A stretch of 43,175 bases of DNA, from positions 1 to 43,175 of the forward strand of contig JAERSJ010000155.1 in NCBI GenBank assembly GCA_016845825.1, in the 5' to 3' direction. The DNA is from Methanobacteriota archaeon. GTDB taxonomy: Archaea > Thermoplasmatota > Poseidoniia > MGIII > CG-Epi1. The translations under genes and the position numbers were made by a program. Shown one piece after another: positions 10,988-19,573 of this stretch. The notes beneath the pieces are model-generated. The model was not told the origin of the DNA and ran no database searches. It saw nothing but the letters and a program-made list of their open reading frames with translations. How positions within the stretch are numbered: the first letter of the stretch is position 1; each line of letters starts with the position of its first letter.

Positions 10988-11491
10988 TTGAAAGTAGATG
11001 AATTGACACCAAGAACTGGGCGTGTAAACATGCCAGTTAAGGTAATAAGTTTGGACGAACCGCGTTCTATGGACAATGGAACAATGGTTTGTGAAGGTTT
11101 AGTTGGAGATGAAACTGGCACAGTAATAATGAGTTTCTGGAACGATGAAATAGAAGTAGCTCAAGCCGATGTGGTTTTAGATTTAAAAGATGCAAGAGCT
11201 AATTTAGTGAGAGGGCACATGCGCTTGAGTCTAGGTAAGAAAGGTAGCATGAAAGAATCCAATATTGCTTTAGATACAATAAAGCAGTCTGTAAATTTAT
11301 CAGATTTAGAATATGAGATGCCACGTATGGGCGGAGGAAGAGGCAGAGGTGGCCCAAGAGGAAAACCATCTGGACGCTGGGGAGATCTAATGAAACTTAA
11401 GAGAGAAACTGGTAACAAAAAATTCTTCAATCGAGATGAAATGACAGAGGAACAAATAGTCGCAGCCATTAAGGAAATGGGAGGCGAGTAA
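10988..11491 (+). CDS. ssb: Single-OB-fold single-stranded DNA-binding protein with RGG linker and helical tail
   Basis: KV..L.P, LVGDETG...S.W and L..G..G OB motifs; TTG start; TTATAA box at ~10949. Confidence 0.85.
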   Translation: MKVDELTPRTGRVNMPVKVISLDEPRSMDNGTMVCEGLVGDETGTVIMSFWNDEIEVAQADVVLDLKDARANLVRGHMRLSLGKKGSMKESNIALDTIKQSVNLSDLEYEMPRMGGGRGRGGPRGKPSGRWGDLMKLKRETGNKKFFNRDEMTEEQIVAAIKEMGGE

Positions 11492-11493
11492 CT

Positions 11494-11832
11494 CTGGCAA
11501 GAAGAGGGAGGCATAGGCGCCGAGGTCCAAGTAAAGCGCAACCTCCTGTAAGAAAAGATAAAAAGATTCAGAAGAGAAATAAGCCAAAAGCAATGTTAGA
11601 CGAAGGCCGTCGAACAGAGATGATTTATTTTCTAAAAGAAGTAGTCTCAGAAGCTGGCGTTTCAGATAAATTAGCTGAACCATTTATGGCATCTTTAGCA
11701 GCTAAAGGATCTAGGGAATCGGTAGATAGTGCGGTAGAATTTTTAGATTCAAAAATAGAGGAAGAATTTATATCTCAAGATGCTCGCGATCCAATTAAAA
11801 AGATAATGAGACGCTTTACCAAATATCGTTAA
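11494..11832 (+). CDS. Small protein with basic N-terminal arm and helical domain (probable CTG start; track starts it at 11593)
   Basis: Frame is open from CTG 11494, giving (M)ARRGRHRRRGPSKAQPPVRKDKKIQKRNKPKA before the ATG at 11593; GGAGG at 11480-11484. Confidence 0.7.
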   Translation: MARRGRHRRRGPSKAQPPVRKDKKIQKRNKPKAMLDEGRRTEMIYFLKEVVSEAGVSDKLAEPFMASLAAKGSRESVDSAVEFLDSKIEEEFISQDARDPIKKIMRRFTKYR

Positions 11833-13026
11833 ATGAGTATAATTCCTAGTAGAAGTAACTTAGGACATCATTGGAATTTAAAAGAAAGCACAATATTTCT
11901 GAATCATGGTTCATTTGGAGCCTGCCCAAGTAAAGTTTTAGAGCATCAAAAAAAATTAAGAGATGAGCTAGAATCAGACCCCATAAATTTCTTAGACGTA
12001 AAAGCCAAAAAATTATGGGCTGATGCAATTACAACTTTTTCAGAATTCATAAAGGCAGACAAAGAAGGCATAGTCTTTGTTCCGAATGCAACTTCTGGAG
12101 TAAACACAGTTCTACGTTCCATGGATTTAGAGGAGAATGACGAAATATTAGTCTTAGATCATACTTACCAGGCATGCTGGAATGCAGTAGATTTCGTTAC
12201 AAAGAAATCAGGCGCAAAAACAGTTGTTGTAAGTTTGCCTTTCCCAGTTCTTAGTCCCGATCAAATTATTGAATCTATACTAAAATCAGTAACAAAGAGA
12301 ACTAAGTTAGCATTAATCGATACAGTCACGAGCCCTACCGGAATCAGGCTTCCGTTTGAAGAAATAGTTAAAGAACTTCAATCAAGAAATATCGACGTAT
12401 TGTTAGATGCAGCTCACGGGCCAGGCATAGTACCATTAGAGTTAAACAAACTCCAAGCAGCTTACGTTACTGGAAATGCTCACAAGTGGTTATGTACTCC
12501 CAAAGGTTCAGCTTTTCTTTACATTAGGGAAGATAAGAGAGACCTAATTCGCCCATTATCAATTAGTCATGGCGCATCAGTAGATGGCAACATAAATGAA
12601 AAAATTAGATTAGAATTTGATTGGACAGGAACACAGGATCCTACGCCTTGGTTGTGCATTCCGAAAAGCATAGAATTCATTGCTAGCTTGTCAGATAAAG
12701 GCTGGGAAGGTGTTATGAAACACAACACAGATTTAGCAATCAAAGCCCGTAACATCCTTCTAGATACTTTGAAAACTCAAAAATTATGTCCAGATTCCAT
12801 GATTGTTGGACTGTCTGCAGTATTGCTGCCAGAAAACGATATCCCTTTAACATCGGCATTAGAGCCTGACCCTTTCCACACACTATTATACGAGAAATAC
12901 AATATTCAAGTTCCAGTATTTGCTTGGCCACATCACAATAGACGTTATCTTCGCACAGCTTCTTTTCTTTATAATTCAATAGAAGAGTATCAATATTTGG
13001 CTGAAGTTTTAAAAAAAGAAATATGA
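11833..13026 (+). CDS. PLP-dependent class V aminotransferase (isopenicillin-N-epimerase / C-S lyase-like)
   Basis: FLNHGSFG, VPNATSG, SPTG, DAAH, NAHKW (PLP Lys) and W.GT.D motifs. Confidence 0.85.
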   Translation: MSIIPSRSNLGHHWNLKESTIFLNHGSFGACPSKVLEHQKKLRDELESDPINFLDVKAKKLWADAITTFSEFIKADKEGIVFVPNATSGVNTVLRSMDLEENDEILVLDHTYQACWNAVDFVTKKSGAKTVVVSLPFPVLSPDQIIESILKSVTKRTKLALIDTVTSPTGIRLPFEEIVKELQSRNIDVLLDAAHGPGIVPLELNKLQAAYVTGNAHKWLCTPKGSAFLYIREDKRDLIRPLSISHGASVDGNINEKIRLEFDWTGTQDPTPWLCIPKSIEFIASLSDKGWEGVMKHNTDLAIKARNILLDTLKTQKLCPDSMIVGLSAVLLPENDIPLTSALEPDPFHTLLYEKYNIQVPVFAWPHHNRRYLRTASFLYNSIEEYQYLAEVLKKEI

Positions 13027-13060
13027 CCGGATATTTTTAAAACAGGCTAATCTGCGATGA

Positions 13061-14941
13061 ATGTCTATGAATTCAGATGATGAAAATTTTGAGGATTCGC
13101 CGGAAGAAGAATTATCAGATGAAGAATCATTAGAAGAAGAAAAATTGGAAGAACAGTCCGAAGAGGAAGAAATAGATCCAAATGCCCCTCTTCGTCAACC
13201 AATCGTTGCAGTTCTAGGGCATGTAGATCACGGAAAAACATCTCTTCTCGATTATGTAAGAGGAACAACGATAGTAAAGAGAGAAGCAGGGGCAATAACA
13301 CAACATATAGGCGCTACAGAAGTTCCATTTGATACAGTTTCAAAAATCTGCGGCCCTTTGTTGAAAGAAGGAACAACTAATTTACCAGGCTTACTTTTCA
13401 TAGATACTCCAGGCCATCATTCATTCTCGACTTTGAGGTCTAGAGGTGGAGCTTTAGCAGATATAGCTGTTTTAGTAGTAGACATTACTGAAGGATTCAA
13501 ACCTCAAACAATTGAATCAATAAATATTCTAAAACAGCATAAGACTCCTTTTATTTTAGCACTAAATAAGATAGACAAGTTGCCAGGGTGGAGGACAAGC
13601 AAAGGCTCTTTCCTAGCCAATAAAGCAAGCCAAAGCCAAACAGCACAACAAACATTCCAAAATAGGATGTATGAAATAATAGGAGAACTCGGAACACACG
13701 GTTTCGACTCAGCACTGTTTACAGACATTCAAGACTTTCAAAAGACAATAGCATTAATTCCAACATCAGTAAAAGATACGGGCGAAGGAGTTCCTGAATT
13801 ATTTATGATTTTAATGGGGCTAGCTCAAAAATATCTCAGAGACAGATTATTACTTGATGAAGGTTCATCAGAAGGAACGGTCCTTGAAATTAAAGAAGAA
13901 AAGGGATTAGGAAAGACATTAGGTATAATTATCTATAACGGAATATTGAAAGCTAGCGACACTCTGATAATTGGAGCACAACCTGAACCTATAGTTACTA
14001 GAGTTCGTTCATTATTAAGACCAAAAGCTTTAGATGAAATTCGAGACCCACGGCAACAATTTGACGCAGTAAAAGTAGTAGGCGCAGCAGCAGGGTTGAA
14101 AGTTGTAGCTCCAGATATAGAAGGAGTTGTTGCAGGCGCACCATTTTACAGCGCATCCTCAGAAGATGAAATTGACGATGCATTAGATAGACTTACGGAC
14201 TCAATGAAATCAAATGTAAAGTGTACAGATGAAGGCGTAGTTATTCGTGCAGACGCAATAGGTTCACTTGAGGCATTAGCTTATGAATTATCAGCAGTTA
14301 ATATTCCGATTGTAAAGGCCGTAGTAGGCGACGTCTCTAGAAGAGATGTTGTTACAGCAGACCCTTCGGATGAAGAATATAGAGCGATTCTTGCTTTCAA
14401 TGTAAAAGTGCATCCAGATGCTAAGAAAGAACTTCATGAAACTGGAGTTAAAATATTTGAATCAGACATAGTTTATAGATTATTAGAAGATTACCAAGAA
14501 TGGAAAGAAAAAATAAAAGATAAGCAGGCCCAGCATTTGAGAGAGGATTTTTCACATCCTGGTAAATTTGAAATATTAGAAGGCCATACCTTCAGGACTC
14601 GTGACCCTGCTGTTGTGGGAGTTAGAGTACTTGGAGGTCGTATTGCGCTTAATCAAGCAGTTCTTAGAACAGATAATTCAGTAGTAGGACATATTCGCTC
14701 ATTAAGGTCAGGAGAACAAGTGTTGAAAGAGGCTTTACAGGGCGATGAGGTGGCCATAGCCATTAGTGAAGCTACAGTCGGACGCCAGATATCAGAAGGC
14801 GATGTTCTTTACATTGAAATGGACGAACGCGCTATATTGAAGATAAGAGAAGCAGGCGTAAAATTGGACCCTATTGAAGAAGATATAATAACCGAAATGC
14901 AGAAGATTAAGAAAAAAGATCAACCTTTCTGGGCAAGATAG
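13061..14941 (+). CDS. infB: Translation initiation factor aIF5B (IF-2)
   Basis: LRQPIV, GHVDHGKT, EAGAITQHIGA, DTPGH and NKID motifs; archaeal-type C-terminus ending FWA. Confidence 0.97.
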   Translation: MSMNSDDENFEDSPEEELSDEESLEEEKLEEQSEEEEIDPNAPLRQPIVAVLGHVDHGKTSLLDYVRGTTIVKREAGAITQHIGATEVPFDTVSKICGPLLKEGTTNLPGLLFIDTPGHHSFSTLRSRGGALADIAVLVVDITEGFKPQTIESINILKQHKTPFILALNKIDKLPGWRTSKGSFLANKASQSQTAQQTFQNRMYEIIGELGTHGFDSALFTDIQDFQKTIALIPTSVKDTGEGVPELFMILMGLAQKYLRDRLLLDEGSSEGTVLEIKEEKGLGKTLGIIIYNGILKASDTLIIGAQPEPIVTRVRSLLRPKALDEIRDPRQQFDAVKVVGAAAGLKVVAPDIEGVVAGAPFYSASSEDEIDDALDRLTDSMKSNVKCTDEGVVIRADAIGSLEALAYELSAVNIPIVKAVVGDVSRRDVVTADPSDEEYRAILAFNVKVHPDAKKELHETGVKIFESDIVYRLLEDYQEWKEKIKDKQAQHLREDFSHPGKFEILEGHTFRTRDPAVVGVRVLGGRIALNQAVLRTDNSVVGHIRSLRSGEQVLKEALQGDEVAIAISEATVGRQISEGDVLYIEMDERAILKIREAGVKLDPIEEDIITEMQKIKKKDQPFWAR

Positions 14942-14945
14942 TTAA

Positions 14946-15728
14946 TTATTTTGAAGAATTAAACCAAGGAATCAAAACCGATGTATTTGATTTATACTGT
15001 AAATATTCGGAATCATTTCCGTATTTTTTATCTGCAGATGCTTCCAAGAGAGGTATCCCGCTAACGAATAAGAGTAAGAAAGTAGTCCAAAGAGGTCCGA
15101 TAACTGTCCATAGAGGCACTTCGTACGAATAGCAGAATACAAAAATACCAAACCACAATAAAATATTCCCAAAATAATTTGGATGCCTACTGTATTTCCA
15201 TAATCCACTAGTACACCATTTTTCACCATTTAATTTATGGTTAAATTTACTGTAATCGGCCCATGCTTCGATAATTAAACCAATTGAAAACATACTAATT
15301 CCAATTGACGCTAGAGTATTCACACTATCTGGAGAATCTAAACTATTGAAATAGACAACAGGTAAGCACGTTAGAAATACCCATAAAATTTGCATTATCC
15401 AAAATCCTAAGAAACTCCAGAACTTTGATCTCATTTCATCAAAGCGATTGTCTTCGCCCCAAACTAGTATCCTGTAAGAAAGATAAGCCCCTAGCCTTAG
15501 AGACCATAATATCACCATCAAAGATCCAATTATTTTAGGGAATGAAAAGTCTTCACCGAACCATAGAGTTACAGTTGCTAAAAGTAAGAAATTCGCAGTA
15601 CCTGCAAAATCAGTTACTTTGTCTATTTGCAGCCCGTAGGCTATAGCAAAAAAGCTTAGTTGCATACACACTGTGATTAACAGTGAAACCAGAATAAAAT
15701 GTTCGTCGTTTTCTATAAAATTAACCAT
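14946..15728 (-). CDS. DUF1295-family (steroid 5-alpha-reductase-like) membrane protein
   Basis: WSLRLG, ED.RF, E..AD..K, GLW.YSRHPNYFG and SGIPLLE motifs. Confidence 0.9.
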   Translation of the reverse strand: MVNFIENDEHFILVSLLITVCMQLSFFAIAYGLQIDKVTDFAGTANFLLLATVTLWFGEDFSFPKIIGSLMVILWSLRLGAYLSYRILVWGEDNRFDEMRSKFWSFLGFWIMQILWVFLTCLPVVYFNSLDSPDSVNTLASIGISMFSIGLIIEAWADYSKFNHKLNGEKWCTSGLWKYSRHPNYFGNILLWFGIFVFCYSYEVPLWTVIGPLWTTFLLLFVSGIPLLEASADKKYGNDSEYLQYKSNTSVLIPWFNSSK

Positions 15729-15975
15729 CTCGAGGTTTGGCCTCGTTCACCTTTAACTCACGGCCTTCGGCTTCATGTCCGTTTAAGGCCTCAATTGCAG
15801 CTGCAGCATCATCTGAACTTGCCATTTCGACAAATCCAAAGCCGCGGCTTCTACCACTCATGCGATCTACAATAACTTTCGCATCGGATACTTCCCCGTG
15901 CTCTTCAAAAAGCTCTCTTAGTGTGTCGTCTTTGAAAGACCATGGCAAGTTTCCTACATAGATGTTATTACTCAT
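15721..15975 (-). CDS. Single-RRM RNA-binding protein
   Basis: RNP2 IYVGNL, RNP1 RGFGFVEM, and GRELKVNEAKPR. Confidence 0.95.
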   Translation of the reverse strand: MSNNIYVGNLPWSFKDDTLRELFEEHGEVSDAKVIVDRMSGRSRGFGFVEMASSDDAAAAIEALNGHEAEGRELKVNEAKPRDG

Positions 15976-15987
15976 TTCTTAAATCCT

Positions 15988-16005
15988 GTCTTGATGTATC
16001 AAGAC
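15988..16005. promoter_or_regulatory. Palindrome/hairpin in the leader of the RRM gene
   Basis: GTCTTGAT-gt-ATCAAGAC; TATA-like CCTTAAAT on the minus strand at 16026-16033. Confidence 0.55.
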
Positions 16006-16041
16006 GACCTTCCAGAAAGTCCTCCATTTAAGGATTATCGC

Positions 16042-19000
16042 CTAAAATTCGTTTCCTAACTCTCTTCTAGTCTGTCCAGGGTCAATAAATGGTAAAACAA
16101 ATGCAATCAGAAGTTGACAACTTCCTCCGATCATAATTGTAGTGGTATATGTGAAATTCTCTTCAAAATATCCTGCCATTTTTAATCCAAACAAAGCCCC
16201 GAAATTCAAAAGAGCCATGTACAAGGTAAACTGTGTAGCTCCAACCTTTGGCCATGTAACATTCATAAATAATGAAATTAGAGAGATCCCCATAGCAGCC
16301 CCAAAGAAAGGATATATGACAATCAACCAGGTCATAACAGCTTTATTTTGCCACAAATCTTCAGCTAGGGCAATTGTAAATATCGATAATCCAGTTAATA
16401 CAGCAAATAAACTTGCAATACGTCTAGCACCAAACTTATCTGCAATAAGTCCACCAATAATTGTTCCGGCGATTCCAGCAGTTACAGCCCACCCTCCGGT
16501 TACAGCAATATATTCAGCATCGCTCCACCCTAGCTGTTGAATGAAAAGTACATTCAGAACAGGGATCAAAAATTCCCAGAAATAGGTAAGCATAGCTAAT
16601 AGCATTCCAATAAGCGGAGCTCTAAGTGATAAAGCTTTGACAATGTCGCTTTTTTGCGGAGCTAAGTCAAATGCTTGTTGACCAACGGTATTATTTCTTA
16701 AGAAAAAGAAATATGCAGCACCACATCCAAGAGTTAGTAAGTGAACCCACATACTTCCTGCAAAATCACCAATAGTTAACAGCAAAAATAAGTCTAAAGC
16801 AATTATTATTCCAAAATCAACTCCAAGAGATTGAGGAGTATGGGTTCCCATATCCCAGCTTACTTGCTTTGCTACTTTCTTTTTAGTCTTAGTTGGCTTT
16901 GGTTCATCTTTTACTTTAATTACAGCTTTACCTTCACCCCAAGGGAATAACTTTTCTCCAGGCCTTTCTCTGATGAATGCAGGCAAACACATAATCAATA
17001 ACAGCATTGGCACAGTCAAGAATAATCCTCCAGCAATACCCAGAGATCCAATGAAGTATCCAATACCAGCTCCACCAACCATCGTACCGAAACGCTTAGC
17101 ACCAAACATGAAACCGTTTATTTTACCAAATTCTTCAGGACTTAAAACATCTACAGCTAAACCATCAACAGCTACATCCTGTAAAGAAGCAAAGCAATTA
17201 TGGAAGAATAGCAACCCCGTAAGAAGTGCAATTTTACTTTCTATTCCTGGGACTAGTGCAATAATTACAACGGTAATTACCATTCCAGCTTGAGCACCTA
17301 ATATCCAAGGCCTACGACGTCCCATAGGTAAGTAATGATAATTATCAACGAAAGGACCCCATAAGAACTTGAAAACCCAAGGTAGGTAAACCCAGAATAG
17401 CATATTACCTATTTCTGCAGCAGTAAATCCTTGTTGAGCTAAATAAGCAATTAAAGTATATGAAATAAATCCAGAAGGAATCCCCTGTGCAACGTAAAGC
17501 GAGCAAAGAGTAAGAGCTTTAGCACTCATTCCGCCGAAGAACATAGTTGTCATCAAATTAGGTTGACCGGCAGCGTCACCTTCGTCTTCCCAGACAAATT
17601 CATCATCGCCAGATTCTTCTACTTCCACATTACTTTCAGATCTTCTTTTTTGCGTAAAAATATATCCAGTAGCAGCCATAGAAAGAAGAATTACGGGTAA
17701 GAAGATTCCACCTGCAAGGTCAGTTAAACCTGCGAGTAAAGCACTTGATGGTTTATTTTCGTTAAGATAAACTACTGAAAAACTACTCACAGCAGACATT
17801 GACTCTCCATTGTCTAGAACTAGTCTTGCTGATAGAGTAATAGTTTGATTATTTTCAATTACTAAATCAGATGGAATAGGTAACTCCCAAGTTGCCCAAT
17901 TCCCTTGTGTGGAAGTATCTGTAGCAGAGTACCATTCACTTGCACCGAATTTAATCTCAATACCACCACCATTAGTTGGTTTATTTGCAGTAACAGCAGT
18001 TCCTTTCAGAATTTCGTTTTTGTATATTTTAGGTTTAACTGGAACCATTGTTCCGTTAATTTCTTCCATATCATATTCTAAACTCCAGTTTACCGAAACT
18101 TCAGGATCAATTTTCCCTGCAATTTCAACAAATACCAAAGGATCGGCTTGCCCATATCCGTATTCATTATCAGGCCGAGTTTCAAGAATTGAACAGTTAT
18201 TTGATGCAGCATCCGGGTCATCGTTCAGGATTTCTCTTTCAATAGAATATCCTGCCACTAAAGTGTCTTTAACTTCAGCCGGAGTTAAATCGGGATTTGC
18301 TTCTAAAGTTAGAGCAACTATTCCAGCCATTAATGGAGTTGCCATGCTAGTTCCACTCTTACTAGTATAGCCAGTGCCAGTACCTTGATTAGGTGCCATA
18401 ATGTTACTGCCTATTGCAGCCACATCAGGTTTAACTCGTCCATCTGAAGTATAGCCTCTAGAGCTGTAAATTGCTAAACTCAAGTCCTTGTCAAGAGATG
18501 CAACAGTTATAGGCAATCTCGAATCGCCAGGTGAATCTATTGTATTACATCCTGCACCCGTTGCAGAACCAAATTCATTTCCAGCACTTAAAGTGACTAC
18601 AAGCCCAGATTCAACAGCGGCATCGACAATTTGGCTCCATGCTGAGCTACCGTCATTATCGATATGAAATTCTACTTGTTGTTCACCTAGGCTAGATGTC
18701 ATCACTCTAATGTTAGGGGTTACTACCTTTTGATTTTCAATAGTCCATTCAACACCTCTTATGATGTCTTCAATGTCTCCGTCACAACATGCTAAAACAT
18801 TTACTAAATTCGCTTTCGGAGCAACACCTATGTGTGGCGTACCAGTATTATCACCAGCACCAGTTCCTGCAGCAATTCCAGCCACATGAGTACCATGAGT
18901 TCCACTATCAATTGATTCTCCAGGTAAACAAGGTGAACATATTACAGCGTCCTGAACAGCATCATAGTATGCAACGACTTTCATATCATCAAATGTAAAT

Positions 19001-19548
19001 TGATTGTCGTCCATATCATCTAGACCAACATGTGCATTATCCACGCCAGTGTCCACAATAGCAATAGAAATTCCTTCGCCATAAATCCCGTGATTTAGCC
19101 AAACATCATCAACGCCCATTGCAGGAACAGCATCAGCCATGTGAGGTTCTGCTTTTCCGATATCATCAAGCATTACAACACCATCCCATAATGCAACCTC
19201 AGAAATCATGTCTCGAGGCATAGTTGTTGCAATTAAATCAATAAATTGAGCACGAAATGTTACTTCGATTCCAGCATCTTCCAATCTTTGAACGTCATAA
19301 TCAGTTGGATGATGATCATATCTTACGAAGACACGGGCTTCTCCAGTATTGAAGAATCGTTCACCCTGTTCTAATTTCCAAATTAATAAATCTGAAATTC
19401 CATCATGATTTTTGTCTCTAGAGTAAACATCCCACCAATTATTCTCATAAATTGGTGAATTTTCTTCAGCAGATAAATTGACAAAGCCAGTACTAAGTAA
19501 TAAAAAAGTCACGATTCCAGCTGTGATAGCTTTGCGCTGCATATACAT
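16042..19548 (-). CDS. Fusion protein: secreted S8 subtilase, TM anchor, then AmpG-like MFS transporter
   Basis: Signal peptide; catalytic motifs IVDTG, HGTHVAG, SAGN, SGTSMATP; MFS motifs LYVAQGIP, PWVFKFLWGPFVD, GRRRPW, QDVAVDG, GATQFTLYMALLN. Start set to ATG 19548 (or 19542) to avoid overlap with tgtA. Confidence 0.9.
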   Translation of the reverse strand: MYMQRKAITAGIVTFLLLSTGFVNLSAEENSPIYENNWWDVYSRDKNHDGISDLLIWKLEQGERFFNTGEARVFVRYDHHPTDYDVQRLEDAGIEVTFRAQFIDLIATTMPRDMISEVALWDGVVMLDDIGKAEPHMADAVPAMGVDDVWLNHGIYGEGISIAIVDTGVDNAHVGLDDMDDNQFTFDDMKVVAYYDAVQDAVICSPCLPGESIDSGTHGTHVAGIAAGTGAGDNTGTPHIGVAPKANLVNVLACCDGDIEDIIRGVEWTIENQKVVTPNIRVMTSSLGEQQVEFHIDNDGSSAWSQIVDAAVESGLVVTLSAGNEFGSATGAGCNTIDSPGDSRLPITVASLDKDLSLAIYSSRGYTSDGRVKPDVAAIGSNIMAPNQGTGTGYTSKSGTSMATPLMAGIVALTLEANPDLTPAEVKDTLVAGYSIEREILNDDPDAASNNCSILETRPDNEYGYGQADPLVFVEIAGKIDPEVSVNWSLEYDMEEINGTMVPVKPKIYKNEILKGTAVTANKPTNGGGIEIKFGASEWYSATDTSTQGNWATWELPIPSDLVIENNQTITLSARLVLDNGESMSAVSSFSVVYLNENKPSSALLAGLTDLAGGIFLPVILLSMAATGYIFTQKRRSESNVEVEESGDDEFVWEDEGDAAGQPNLMTTMFFGGMSAKALTLCSLYVAQGIPSGFISYTLIAYLAQQGFTAAEIGNMLFWVYLPWVFKFLWGPFVDNYHYLPMGRRRPWILGAQAGMVITVVIIALVPGIESKIALLTGLLFFHNCFASLQDVAVDGLAVDVLSPEEFGKINGFMFGAKRFGTMVGGAGIGYFIGSLGIAGGLFLTVPMLLLIMCLPAFIRERPGEKLFPWGEGKAVIKVKDEPKPTKTKKKVAKQVSWDMGTHTPQSLGVDFGIIIALDLFLLLTIGDFAGSMWVHLLTLGCGAAYFFFLRNNTVGQQAFDLAPQKSDIVKALSLRAPLIGMLLAMLTYFWEFLIPVLNVLFIQQLGWSDAEYIAVTGGWAVTAGIAGTIIGGLIADKFGARRIASLFAVLTGLSIFTIALAEDLWQNKAVMTWLIVIYPFFGAAMGISLISLFMNVTWPKVGATQFTLYMALLNFGALFGLKMAGYFEENFTYTTTIMIGGSCQLLIAFVLPFIDPGQTRRELGNEF

Positions 19549-19573
19549 AGAGATAGGACTTTGATTAAAGAAC

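Noticed and set aside
11492-11592. Purine/GC-richer gap after ssb as a possible ncRNA
   Set aside because: Better explained as an in-frame coding extension from a CTG start with a well-spaced GGAGG.
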